Source: Octopus vulgaris (Eukaryota). From it: a DNA stretch of 64,000 nt. Location of the stretch: the NCBI GenBank assembly GCA_951406725.2, contig OX597831.1, positions 33,790,001 through 33,854,000 on the forward strand, written 5' to 3'. Shown piece after piece: positions 25,281 through 38,917 of the stretch. The first letter of the stretch is position 1; each line of letters starts with the position of its first letter. The notes beneath the pieces were generated by a model. The model was not told where the DNA came from. It saw only the letters and a list, made by a program, of their open reading frames with translations, and made no database searches. The translations under genes were made by a program, and so were the position numbers.

Positions 25281-27078
25281 ATGCATGAATGCCTCATTCT
25301 TGTTTCAGAATCTGTAAACAGTCCGGAAAAAATAATTCTCTGGAGCTCCCATTCTTGGAACAAGCCCCTGCATAGATGTTTTTTTTTAAAATATACTATA
25401 AACCTATTTTGGTCAACTTACGGTCGATTAAGACTGATTTCTTCCGTTCCCTCAACTCTTCATCCTATTCTATAAATGTTCCTGTCATGCATTTTAAATG
25501 GGTCTCCTGATTTTTATGCGCTATTTTGGCTCATTCTTATACTTTCACTATTAATTCGGAGCACTTACATACGTTTATATTCTTAAATATTTTATTGGTT
25601 AGCACATGCCTTGGCAAATTTAACCTTATGGTGTCAGTGTTAGCAGTCTGAAGATGTTTCTTTCCATAACTGTCATACACTTCTCACGGTTTAGAAATAA
25701 CGCTTCTCTGGTTACGAAACTCAATAACGAACAAAATATATTCACACTTACGGATTTTACGATCTCGTATATGAACTGGCTTCTGAGCTAAATCTACAAG
25801 TAAACAGCTACATCATATTGCAACGATACTTTCTAACTGACGAAATTCTTTCCTTTATGTAATGTGTTCCGCACGAACGTAAATGGTTATTTACTGGTCA
25901 TAAATCAATTTTGATCTTAGCAGGGTCCAACACTTTAATTGACTTATTACTTGAACCCAAACATGGAACTCTATAACGTCATCAATTCAGTTTAGATAAG
26001 AGCAGACTAAACGTCTTATAGGTGCGATAATGATGCTAGATTTAACCGCCAGCGCCAGTACCCCCACCGTTGCCGCCCTCATCATGAGCACGGTGCAGGC
26101 TTAATTAGCTTATTAGCTTATTAAAGTGTTGTATGTTTTCTTTTATTACAATGTTACTTGTAAATTGTGCGCATGTGAACGCGTGCAGATTTTGCGGCAC
26201 CTACAAGAATAAAAAAGAATGAAAAAACTACATGCACTCATATGGTTCCCGTCTACTAAATCCACTCACAAGGATTTGGTCGGCCCCGACGCTATAGCAG
26301 AAGACTCTTGACCAAGGTGCCACGCAGTGGGAGTGAACCCGGAACCATGCGGTTGGAGAACAAGCTTTTTATCATACAGCTATGCCTGTGCAAACGAAGG
26401 CAAAATTAGCACACAAGCAAGTTCATGCGCGACACTTACCGCAATAAAAGTTGTATGTAAAATATTTCATTTGTCATTCAGAGGTACTTATTCAAGGGAG
26501 CTGTTTAATTATCCTTTGTAATTATTTAAAAAAAATTTTGCTTTTTAGTTAGTTATTTTGCTTCACCCTGTTGACACACTTTATCAACTACTTGGTGAAA
26601 GCTGCCCCCAATTTCTTCTTATTTCTATCTTAATTTTAAAAAAAATCTGACTACCACTATCACTCAGATAAGATAATTTTTTTTCTTTTTTCTCTTTTCC
26701 TATTACCGAATGGCCTTGACGCAAAGAGCCGAGCCGATCGGATTCCAACTCTTCTACCGCCCGCAAAGCGCGGCAAGTCGGGTGCTACTGCATCACCGGA
26801 CGCAGCCGCACCACTGGACGCAACTTGCAGCGCCGGATACGAAGGAGTGCGGTGGCAACGGGAAGCCCAGGCCGTGTGCAGAACTAGCGACGACGGCTTC
26901 GGCACCGCTGCGCTATCGGGAGAGATTTATTTTCTTTTTCAACTTATGACTATGAGAACTACAAACGTCGCGTTGACTCTGTTATTGTTGTTGGTGTTAT
27001 TATTGTAACATTACTTATGCGTTTTTACTCCTGTCCCCACCCCGAATCTGATAATTTGATTGGTGGAAAATAACGTAC

Positions 27079-27139
27079 ATCATATACCCAGAGAAATCAG
27101 AAAAATTCCACTCGATGAAGCGCCCACACACAGCTGTCA
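27079..27139 (-). CDS. Predicted internal exon (TAVCGRFIEWNFSDFSGYM)
   Basis: Acceptor atatttttcag, donor GAT|GTACGT, 61 nt, phase 1-2; joins 20007 to read GYM-I-CHILD. Confidence 0.7.
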
Positions 27140-27295
27140 CTGAAAAATATTCAGCTATAAAGTAATTATGAAGAATTATCTTGTACAATGAAATATGAAT
27201 CTAAACTCAGCAACTGAAAGCTGGTGCAGAAACAACTGTTGTAGTCTTCTATTAAAGCCTGATATCCTCCATCCCCGTGCTACATTATACGTATG

Positions 27296-27352
<57 letters not shown>

Positions 27353-27355
27353 ATT

Positions 27356-27403
<48 letters not shown>

Positions 27404-27561
27404 AAAATACAAACTTATGTGTGTGTATATCCACTGTGAAAAGATTAGAGGGCTCGTAGGTTTGCATAAATCACTTCCATGCCACAGTCGGGAGTCATAC
27501 GGAACACCATTGTTGGTTTCGTTAGAATTAAGCGTGCCTGTCTGACTGCCTGTATATCTGA

Positions 27562-27639
<78 letters not shown>

Positions 27640-28160
27640 GTCTGTCTATCTATACTTTTCTCTGCCTAACTTCGCTTTTTATCTGCCTAACTATCTCTCT
27701 ATCGATCTCGGTATTAGTCTGTCTATCTGTCTCTGTGTGTTAATCTCTGTTCCCTGCATGTCCCTTCATTTAATTTCCCCATTGCACATGAATCTTCTCG
27801 CATGTTTTTGCCGTCTATTTCTCCTTCACTCCATGAAAAAAAAAAAAAAAGGAATCTTTTTATTATCAGGAAAATAATTAAATAAATGACAAAAAATTCC
27901 AAAATTGCGAAGTCGGAGACTGGAAACTTTGGAGAAAAAGAGGTAGAAGCGGGAATGAACGGTATGAAGAAGGAAAGAACCAAAAAACTGCAAGTTTAAA
28001 AAGTACACGCAAACTCTGATTAGGACGATTACCGTGAATAATAAGAATAAAAATAATAATGATAATAAAGATGATGTTAAAGATGATGATTATAATTATG
28101 ACGATGATGATGATGATGATGAAAAGGAAAAGACAAAGAAAAGGTATAATAATAATAATG

Positions 28161-28221
<61 letters not shown>

Positions 28222-28222
<1 letters not shown>

Positions 28223-28835
28223 CCCTTTCTATATTGGTCACAAGGGCTGAGCACAAAACAAAGGACAATACAAAACAAGGGAAAGTGGGGTTTAATCCAT
28301 AAAACGTGTAAACAGTAAACAAAAATCATTAAATAACAAAATTCCCCAATAGGGGTGAGTTCCACCCAGGACACCCCACACATCCTGGTCAGCCTGACTG
28401 CCAAGGGCACGACGTGTAGGCACCCCTCTTCCCCTCAAATTCTCCGGCTTACAGACGAATATTCAGAGTACGCCCATACACACGAGAGTCTCAGGTGGTA
28501 TGTAGGCCCACAGATGTCGCATCTGGGCTTCCTGCCTTCCACAACAACATGCAGTTCCATCCCGTTGGGCAGCTGGATCAGGTCTAGGATTTTCTCGATA
28601 TTTGCCGGTTTTACACGGGTTAATATTTCCAAATTGATCCCGTTCCAGTTCTCCCTGCTGATTCTTTTTACCTCCAGGAGTGACTCTGGGTCCGGAACCA
28701 CATAGCCGACAGTCCACCAAACATTTACGCCCGGTGGCACGCCGTTTACTTACTGATCTTTCTCTACATGTGTCTTCGCGCAAAGCCCTCACTTTTAAAG
28801 AGGATCTCAATGCTGGCAAACTGCCTCCCTGTCTG
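28222..28835 (-). mobile_element. Tx1-like LINE derivative: ORF1 CCHC fragment followed by a LINE-type 3' tail and (ATT)n
   Basis: VVVEGRKPRCDICGPTYHLRLSC (CX2CX4HX4C); tail tgtgctcagcccttgtgaccaatatagaaa. Confidence 0.7.
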
Positions 28836-28844
28836 TATATACTC

Positions 28845-29236
28845 TTTACTCTTTTACTTGTTTCAGTCATTTGACTGCGGCCATGCTGGAGCACCGCCTT
28901 TAATCGAGCAACTCGACTCCGGGACTTATTCTTTGTAAGCCCAGTACTTATTCTATCGGTCTCTTTTGCCGAACCGCTAAGTTACGGGGACATAAACACA
29001 CCAGCATCGGTTGTCAAGCAATGCTAGGGGGACAAACACAAACACACAAACATATACACACACACTTATATATATATACATATATACGACAGGCTTCTTT
29101 CAGTTTCCGTCTACCAAATCCACTCACAAGGCATTGGTCGGCCCGGGGCTATAGCAGAAGACACTTGCCCAAGATGCCACGCAGTGGGACTGAACCCGGA
29201 ACCATGTGGTTGGTTAGCAAGCTACTTACCACACCT
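28845..29236 (-). mobile_element. SINE family A
   Basis: Near-identical to 21581-22011. Confidence 0.9.
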
Positions 29237-30027
29237 ATTAAAATTTCTCTGAGGGCCTTCTCAACATGATTGATGGACGCTATTTCAGCTCTCCTACATA
29301 TGTGATACGCATTTGAAATATACTGTCTTCTCTTTCGCCTCTATTACTTCGAGAAGTACGAGCTTTTGACAGTTCGCGAGCTTTTGTCATCGAGTGGGAT
29401 AGCAAATATTTCTCTCTTTGCGTTCGCTACATCAGCAAACATTTTATTTCTTATTGATTTTGTTGTTGTCGTCGTTGTCGTTGCTGCTGTTGTTGTTGTT
29501 GTTACTGCTGCTGCTGTTGCTGTTCATGGTGGTGGTGGTGGAATTGTGGCTACTTCCACCGTTGCCACTCTCAACACCACCATCACCGATATTTTCCTCC
29601 TCTCCGCCGTCAATGTTAGCATTATTTTTTCCTCAACAATCTGTAGCATTTATAACGAAAACGCAATCTCTGCTACCACTGTCTCTGCGACTGCTGTTGC
29701 TCCTGTTGCTGTTCATCTTTTTTCTTCTTCTTCCAATCAGGACTCATGCCATTAGCCACAAAGAATAATCTCTAATTCGAGCCTACTCTAAGCTACTAAG
29801 AATGCGTGTGGCAACTTGAAGATCCACCTACCACACGCGATAGACTGGCGGTTGCACGGGCACGAAAGCTACATTGTTATCCTCATTCTGTAAACGATGG
29901 CTTTTAACGGGTGGATAGTTGAAACATCCTGGGGTACAAAGGATTCACAATCTAGACTAGGGTCTGAAAGTTTAACACACCATAGTGGGTTACACCATTG
30001 TTCCTCTGCTTTGTGGTAGAAGTAGGA

Positions 30028-30207
30028 AGATAGAGTGAGAAAAAGTTGTGATGAAAGAGTACAGCGGGATTCACCACCCCCGCCGAAGCCACGTGGAGCT
30101 TAGGTGTTTTCGCTCAATAAACACTCACAATGCCCGGGCTGGGAATCGAAACCGCGTTCTTACGACCGCGAGTCCGCTGCCCTAACTACTGGGCCATTTG
30201 TGCCTCC
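30028..30207 (-). mobile_element. SINE family C head (tRNA-derived; resembles octopus tRNA-Arg-related OR-type SINEs)
   Basis: Minus strand tggcccagtagttagggcagcggactcgcggtcg...ggtttcgattccc. Confidence 0.75.
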
Positions 30208-30743
30208 ACTCCTGTTGCTGTTTCTCACATTGCTGTTGCTACCTCTACTACTACCGCTGCTGACGCCATCACCGCCTCCCCCGTCAACAATGCCGCTGTC
30301 ACCGCTCCGCCTCTGTTTTCACGACAGCCCCCCCCCCCCCCGCTGTCACTGTTACCACTGCTGTTATTGATGTTGTCTCTGCTGTTACTACAAGAGGGAC
30401 TTTGTATTTTTTCTCCATCCCTTTTTTCCTCCGTCTCCCCTGTATTCTTCAGTAACGGAGGGAACGGGAGGGAAATCTTCAGCAGTCACAAGACCTGCGG
30501 GAGGGGCAGTATTTTTTCTTCAACACTTTTAAGATCCGCTCCGCCATCTTATTGGATTGTACATGATTCAACGCCCACCACACTTATTAGGTGGACAGAA
30601 TGTAGCACCGCAAGAGGTCAATCAAACACAGAAAAACCAATGACAGGTTCCTGGTCTTTCTATTAAAAACTTGGAACAAAATGTGAAACGAAAAAACGGC
30701 ACCAAACTGACTTGTGTAAACAAACGTTTTAGATTGAACTTAC

Positions 30744-30774
30744 TTGGAATGTTCGAAAACACGTTCGATGTACT
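30744..30774 (-). CDS. Predicted micro-exon (STSNVFSNIP)
   Basis: Acceptor ttttctgcag, donor CAA|GTAAGT, 31 nt, phase 0-1. Confidence 0.65.
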
Positions 30775-30785
30775 CTGCAGAAAAT

Positions 30786-30826
30786 ATAATAATAAAATAA
30801 TAATAATTGTAATAATAATAACAATA

Positions 30827-30896
<70 letters not shown>

Positions 30897-30913
30897 TAAT
30901 AATAATAATAATG

Positions 30914-30955
<42 letters not shown>

Positions 30956-30976
30956 GTGATGATGATGATAATAATA

Positions 30977-31075
<99 letters not shown>

Positions 31076-31080
31076 GAAGA
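30786..31080. repeat. (AAT)n/(GAA)n microsatellite
   Basis: Direct reading. Confidence 0.95.
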
Positions 31081-31252
31081 AAAAGATGAAGATTTCAACG
31101 AAAAACATAAAAAAAGAAATTAGTGAAGAGAAAGGAGAAGAGGGAAAACATGGTGCATAGCGATTGAAAAAATAAATAGAAACAAAAAAAGACAAAAATG
31201 CATAATTCAATATTTTTTCCTTCTGTGGTAAGCAAACCATATCTATCTATCC

Positions 31253-31326
<74 letters not shown>

Positions 31327-31854
31327 GTACATACACACACGTATATATATGTGTGTTCGTATATACATAAAAAATGAAGAAAAAAACAGTCAAATGAAAT
31401 TTCTTCTAACTTTGGGAAAACTAGAATTTAATAATTGAAATAAATGTTAGTGAAGTCTTATAATTGATATATTGCAAATTTGGTAAAAGAATTTAGAATT
31501 CATGTTAAGTTTATTGTGAGATGTGTTATAGAAAATATATTCTTCATTCGGTATTTGCTGAAGTAATATAGACTGGCAAAATAATGTACATTTGTTGGAT
31601 AATATAATATGGAAATATATAGGAATGTCTCTCTCTCTCCCTCTCCCCCTCTCTCTCCCTCGCTCCCTCTCTCTCTCTCCCTCCCTCTCTCTCCCCCCTC
31701 TCTCTCTATATATATATATATGTGTGTGTGTATAGTTATATACATACACAAGCAATATATGTCATTATATATATATACATAAATTTATATATATATACGT
31801 AAATACATATATATACATAGATATATAGATATGTCTTTGTGTCTTTATACACAC

Positions 31855-31885
<31 letters not shown>

Positions 31886-31971
31886 CACACGCAAGCACAC
31901 TTAAATATTTGTGTGCACTGACATGTAAATGTGTGTGCGTGTGGGTGTGCCTATGCATGTATGTATGTATG

Positions 31972-32022
<51 letters not shown>

Positions 32023-32045
32023 CTATCAACAAAATTCATATATAC

Positions 32046-32093
32046 ATATATCGATGCGAATGGTTTTGTTACACGATGCCGAGTTTTACAATC
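32046..32093 (-). CDS. Predicted internal exon (DCKTRHRVTKPFASIY)
   Basis: CTAAT branch-like site, acceptor ttgtttacag, weak donor TAT|GTATAT, 48 nt, phase 0-0, only one open frame. Confidence 0.5.
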
Positions 32094-32178
32094 CTGTAAA
32101 CAATAATAATGGTATTTTATTAGTTTAAAGCTTATAGCGATTACCGTGCAATGACCAAGGAAAATAGTCTAATAATGG

Positions 32179-32256
<78 letters not shown>

Positions 32257-32266
32257 TATATTTATA

Positions 32267-32482
32267 CTTTATTTAAAGCAGCAGAAAATTCAACAAAATC
32301 TGTTACTCTGAGTTTCTCGTTGCCGTTCATCAGACAGTTTTTTCTGATGAACGGCAACGAGAAACTCAGAGTAACAGATTTTGTTGAATTTTCTGCTGCT
32401 TTAAATAAAGCATATTACTCTACCACTGGTATTTGAGTACTCTTTTTTCCACCTTGTTTCACATTTATGTGTTTACTCCGGT
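32267..32482. mobile_element. Penelope-like terminus with perfect 68-bp inverted repeat containing a hammerhead-like core
   Basis: Arms 32267-32334 and 32343-32410; CTGATGA..GAAACTC-A-GAGTA. Confidence 0.8.
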
Positions 32483-32744
32483 ATATATATTTATATATAT
32501 ATGAATAAATGAAAGAATGGAGTCGAACGAAGATGTTAACAAAATTCCTTTACTCTCGACTCATTTATTCATATACAACACACAAATTTCTACACATGAA
32601 CCCGGAGTTTCTACCCTTGACAGGTCGCTTCAACCGTGTTTTCTGACGTGAATTTGCTACCCAGGTTTCAGTTAAACGAATTTTCCATGCTGACGATAAA
32701 CATAGAATAATTCATTCACCTACTTAAATATATTTATATATATG

Positions 32745-32846
<102 letters not shown>

Positions 32847-33507
32847 AGCAGAGTTAGCGGTTATAATAACCGACTAAAAGATAAAATATCCGTATATACT
32901 ATCAGTATCTGTTACCCGTTTTATCTCTGGGCATGTGTATGCAGGTACACAATGTTCGTAGAGAACAGGTAACGACAGAATAAATAAAGGTCTATCAGGA
33001 ATCAAATATAAATAATAAAAAATGGAAAAAACCTCAGTTTTTCACAGCTTTTAAGACATCTTGGTTCCCCCTTTATATTGAAATAACCCGAAAACTTTTT
33101 TCCCCTAGACCATTGCTAGATCACTCTTTTACCTACGGACTTCGAAGCCCTATGACGGAAGATTGTATGTTTCTAATATAGTGGGCTTCCAGACTTCTTC
33201 TGTAGACCATGTTTTTCTTTCCTATTCCCTCTTCCCTTTATTTTGGATGCTTTTGTATTAACTTTGATGCTTTTATATTAACTTTGATGAAGCTCCGTGT
33301 TATAGTTCGAATGTTCTATGAAGAGGAAAATATTTTTCGCAATTCTTTGTACGTATTGATTAGTATCGGAAGCGGAAACAGCCGTAAGAATTGTTATGTC
33401 ACATTAATGTTAAGTCATGTTTTGTATTAAATAATAAGCTTTAGATATGGTGCAATTGTTTTGTTTGTTGATCTAAGATTTTCTCCATTTTCTGATTATA
33501 TAAGTGT

Positions 33508-33559
<52 letters not shown>

Positions 33560-34013
33560 CTATTGTGTGTGTTTTCTGTCTTTATTCGTATTCCAGCACC
33601 ACTTGACAACTGGTGCCGGTGTGTTTACGTCCCCGTAACTTAGCGGTTCGGTTAAAGATCCCGATAAAATAAGTCCTGAGGTGGTTTTATTCTACCGACC
33701 CTATTCAAGGCAGTGCACCGGCATGGCCGCAGTTAACTGATTGAAACAAGTAAAAGAATAAAAGAATATCTATCTAGTTATATTCTTTTATTCTTTTATT
33801 TGCTTCAGTCATTTGAATGCGGCCATGCTGGAGCACCGCCTTTAGTCGAACAAATCGAATCCAGGACTTATTATTTGTAAGCCTAGTACTTATTCTATCG
33901 GTCTCTTTTGCCGAACCGCTAGGTTACGGGGACGTAAACACACCAGCATCGGTTGTCAAGCGATGTTGAGGGGACAAACACACATAAACATATACATACA
34001 CACACATATATAT
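33560..34013. mobile_element. Two SINE family A tails, tail-to-tail
   Basis: + tail ~33560-33770, - tail ~33785-34013. Confidence 0.8.
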
Positions 34014-34662
34014 AGTGTGATCAATAAGTATCCGGACTGTTGCCATAGAAACGAAGCTAAAGCACACAGAGTGAAGGCGCTTAGCACATATTGATGTGAA
34101 CTATGTTGAGCATGCGCACCACGTTTTAACGTTCTAGCTGACTTCCCCTATTTGCAGCAGTGCTTGGAAGGAAGGTATGTAGCTTGTGTCATTGACCATG
34201 AGAGAGAAAGCTGAGCAGAGGATTTGCATCGAATTTTGCCAAAAGCTTGGCGATATCTGCTCAGAGGCCTTCGCAAAGTTTTCAAAAATTTTCATCGTTC
34301 TTCATACAATCAAGATCTTGTGCAACTGAAGCTTGAGTGTCCTTTTGGTCAGCTGAAAGTGGTTTTGGCACAAAATTGACAGACACGCAACTAATCACGC
34401 ATGGTGATTCGACGATTTCCCATTCACAGCTGCACAGACATCAGCGACGTGTTTCTGAGATCTGCTGGTTGCGGGTCACCCAGAAAGTTCGTCACTATCG
34501 ACATTTTTTCGGCCATCCTTGAAACGTCTGAACCATTCGTACACTTGTGTGAAGCTCATGCCACTCCTCTCCATACGCTTTCTAGGCAGGAAAACTTAGT
34601 GCACTCTGCCACCTTTAGCTTCATTTCTATGGCAACAGCCCGTATGCTTATTGATCAACCCT
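34014..34662. mobile_element. Mariner-derived non-autonomous element with ~50-bp TIRs
   Basis: TIR tgatcaataagtatccggactgttgccatagaaacgaagctaaag and its inverted copy; transposase remnants EQRICIEFCQKLG (+) and TQVYEWFRRFKDGR, FVPKPLSADQK (-). Confidence 0.85.
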
Positions 34663-35718
34663 TTTCTTTGTAGTTGGATCGCATGTGATCTTTTTCAAGC
34701 GTATTGGTTATCCACATAGTGGTTTATCCCTAAATATACACATGTGTATATATATATAAGTGAGGATAACACCAGATAATTCAGTCCGCTTTCATATAAA
34801 CTCGCATTGATATAAAAGAATCACATATCTAATTATTATAAAAAATATATTAAAATACATAGATACATAAAAAATATACAAATATATAGATACATTAAAA
34901 ATATACAAATATATAGATATATAAATATATAAATACATTAAAAATTTATAGGGTAATTAATACATTTAAAAATATACAGATGTGAACATTGATACATAAA
35001 CATATCAAAATATATCGAAGATGTATAAATAAAAGTTGTCCGACTCGCAGAATAAAAATGAAATTTATGAAATGAAAGTTAAATATCCAGGAAGAAAGTA
35101 AAATGTAAAATATTAAGTGTCCTACGGTCGTTTCTGGGGGTTCATTTCCCGTAAAAATAAATGGTATACATACCAATTATTGAGCAACGCCTGCTTCTTC
35201 AGGCCTTAATAATGGTTGTGCAAGTTAACATGTATCAGTTGTTGAAATGATACAAAGAGCTTAAGTAGTTTTAGAGATAGAAAGCGGAGGTGGGAGTAGG
35301 AGAGAGTATTATAATAAATTATTATTATAATTATTGTATTATAATAAATTACATTAGTGATTAGAAAAATTATGGGAGTTAGTTTAACTAAGTACGTTGG
35401 TTCAATTCTAACCTGAATCACGAAATTACGAAAATGTTGAATAATAAGAACGGAGGATATTAAGGGATCCCTTAATGCATAATTTACTCAATTTTGTGTT
35501 ATAAATAGACCATGCTAGTGTATATTTTGTTTTTTGATTTAAGATAATGAATGCGTTTATCTAGCGTAGCTATAGATATACATAACCAGCCGAAATTGCA
35601 AAGATAATTTGGAACTCGACTGAGGAAAGAAAACTCCGAGTGACCCGTCTATCTTGATGTTTTGATGTCCCTTTTTGGTATCACCTAACTGTCTGGATGT
35701 TTTGCGTTCTTGTCCCAT

Positions 35719-35767
<49 letters not shown>

Positions 35768-35987
35768 AAACGTGTGTTTGAAAAGATTAATCGAAAGAAC
35801 TCACACATTAGGAAAAAAAGTCTTCCAAAAATGGTTAATAACATTCTGATATAAGATTTTATAACTATTTTTTAAAATATAACTTTTAAAAAAATCCTTT
35901 AATACTTAAAAATTGTATCACGTAATTTTTCACAAAGACTTCAAAACGTACGCACGCACACACACACACAAACATACACACACACAA

Positions 35988-36072
<85 letters not shown>

Positions 36073-36086
36073 TATGCATACACATT

Positions 36087-36539
36087 CAGAGCCGGATTAA
36101 GACCCATAGCGGCCCTAAGCACTTAAAAGATTTCGTGCCCTCAAGTACATGTAAAAGATTCAAAATGTAAACAAGAATGATTTAAAATATAAACAATGAT
36201 AAACCGTAAAATATATTTTTATTTTTCAAAATGAAACAAAGCTGATAGTAAGATGGGAAATAATGTTTATTTTTGTATGCTTCCATTCTGTTTATATTTG
36301 AAATTTTTTCTCCTTCGTTTCTTAAATTTAATTGCAGAGTCTTCGATGATTTCGTTAAAATTAATTTTACATAGAACTTCTGCTTCTATACTTGGTAGAG
36401 ATAAGGCATTACGAACATTATTCTAGCAAGATTGACATGATTTCTTTCGTGCCGTAAACCATTTTCATTCTTGTGGTACTCCGCTTCCCTTGATGCCCTA
36501 AGTAAGTGCTTATTTTGCTTAATGGTTAATCCAGCGCTG
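36087..36539 (-). mobile_element. hAT (Tip100-like) MITE with transposase C-terminal remnant
   Basis: Termini CAGAGCCGGATTAA / TTAATCCAGCGCTG; minus strand ALSLPSIEAEVLCKINFNEIIEDSA resembles the end of the hAT dimerisation domain; no clear 8-bp TSD. Confidence 0.75.
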
Positions 36540-37218
36540 GATTTTTCTCTGTATGCAGATACAAAGATATGGCCCAGCATGGCGCAGTCTAATGACTGAA
36601 ACAAGTAAAAGTAGCATGATATATTTTGTGTTACGTTTCGTGTTATGCTTGTGCATGGTAGCACAATTTTGGACTCGAGTGAAATATAACAAATTACTCG
36701 AAATCGTTGTTTGAGAATATGCATAAGTGGAGTCTAGACTGGCTAATTTGTACTGGCATCGAGTCGTAAACGTGTGACAAGGGAGAAACCAAAATATTTC
36801 ATAAAATAAATATGAACCTAAATATATCGGTAAGACGAAACTCGAAACGATGTCAAACCATGAAGATGAGTAATACTTGACCGAAACGTCGAATTAAATT
36901 GTAGCAAGCAAGCTTTCTACACAGTGAATAAATGCTATACGGAGTAAAAGTTGTTGAAACGGTTTTATTGAGGCAAAAAAGTAAAACTAAAGTAAATATA
37001 TTCGACCGACATATTGTCGGTAACGACATATCTCTACAGAAAATTTACACAACCGTGTTATATGTTATATTTATTTGCGAAGAATCTGGAGAAAATTATT
37101 TATCAATATCAGTACATAGATGCATACGGAAACAGAATTACTCGTAAACTCATACTGACAACAAATGCGCACAGGGACAGTGGAGTATAAACGTGTATAT
37201 GCACAGTTGCATATATAC

Positions 37219-37297
<79 letters not shown>

Positions 37298-37630
37298 AAG
37301 AGAGAGAGACAGAGAGACAGAGAGCATTGTGTTAATAATATATCATTTGCATTTAGGAATGTATGAACATCGTTATTATATAAGAAGGCGAAACGGAGAG
37401 TAAATGTATAAAAATGACTATAAATTTCTCCATGTCTAAAAAACGATTAATATTCAATGCTGCTATACAAAATAGTGTATTTATTTATTTATTTGATTAT
37501 TTATTTATTTTACTAAATCACTGAGTCTTTATGTTGCTTCGAGTAAATACGCACTCATATGCATAAACACATGCATAAATATATATATGTCTATATATAC
37601 ACATATACATACATGCATGTACGTATATTA

Positions 37631-37796
<166 letters not shown>

Positions 37797-38144
37797 AAAA
37801 TATCTAGATATATAGCATATATACATGCATGCATATATATATATATATATACACAGACATTTGTATATATGCACACACACACATATATATGTATACATAT
37901 AAACGTGTATGCATTTATATGTACATTTATACATATATGCAAGCATACATATTCATGTATATTATGAGTGAAAAAAAATATATGTATATATAGAGACAGA
38001 GAGTGAGTGAGAGAGAGTGAGATAGAGAGAGTGAGAGAGTGAGTGAGAGATTGAGAGAGAGTGAGAGAGAAAGTGATATGTCGGTCCATCCATTTATCTC
38101 TCTTGATGTATATAATATATACATACATACATACATACATACAT

Positions 38145-38196
<52 letters not shown>

Positions 38197-38574
38197 TTGT
38201 GAAGGGGGTACACGCGGACTGTTTATTAAATCCTATAGGAAAAACATGCGCAGTGTAAATTGATAAATTGGCGTCTCGCAGCTAACAAAGTTTCGAAACG
38301 GTAAAATCATATTAGTCTCTCACTGTATATCATTTATTCACTGTTCCAAATTGTTCAAACTTTGAAGAATCACTGTAGTAAAATACCATGAGATGCCTTC
38401 TGCATGAAAAAGAAATAGTCAAGTGGATGCTAACATGCTTAAAGTATGAAATCTAAATGTAAATATCTATCTCTGAACATTACTGTCTCAAGTCTTTGGT
38501 CTTATAGGAAGACCATAATGTTTAAGTGACCGAATATACAATTTCTCCCTGAATGAAACGCCAGTCAGTCTCAA

Positions 38575-38917
38575 GGTTTCTCGTCGTCTTCTAGAGACGG
38601 CCTTCCGATTTTGAAACTCCAGTGCCACTCGAATCATAGCGTATAACCTATTACCTCGTTGCCGTAAGCTTGCCGAAGCATGCTCACTGTCTTTGTAGCA
38701 GGCTTCTTAAGCTTAATGCAAAATTCCACACTGGCTCCTTGGCGCTTTGTTCCTGTCCATAACAAAATCGCAGACTTCAGCATACACAGGATCACAAAAA
38801 ACACAAATTTCACAACTTGGGAAGTAAATACAGCGGAAGGTCACTGCAAGCTATCATTGCACACGCTACCGTGTACTGCTACAGAACTAGGCAGGGAGTA
38901 TTTTGAAACCACCCCGT
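38575..38917 (-). mobile_element. Mariner 5' fragment (HTH region)
   Basis: SVEFCIKLKKPATKTVSMLRQAYGNE..FEWHWSFKIGRPSLEDDE. Confidence 0.75.

Noticed and set aside
29832-29928. Candidate minus-strand exon (CFNYPPVKSHRLQ...)
   Set aside because: Phase 1-2 does not fit between 30744 and 27139; the plus strand weakly resembles a CR1/L2 3' end
32145-32168. 24-nt micro-exon (TIFLGHCT)
   Set aside because: Would need a ~51-nt intron and a poor acceptor next to (TA)n
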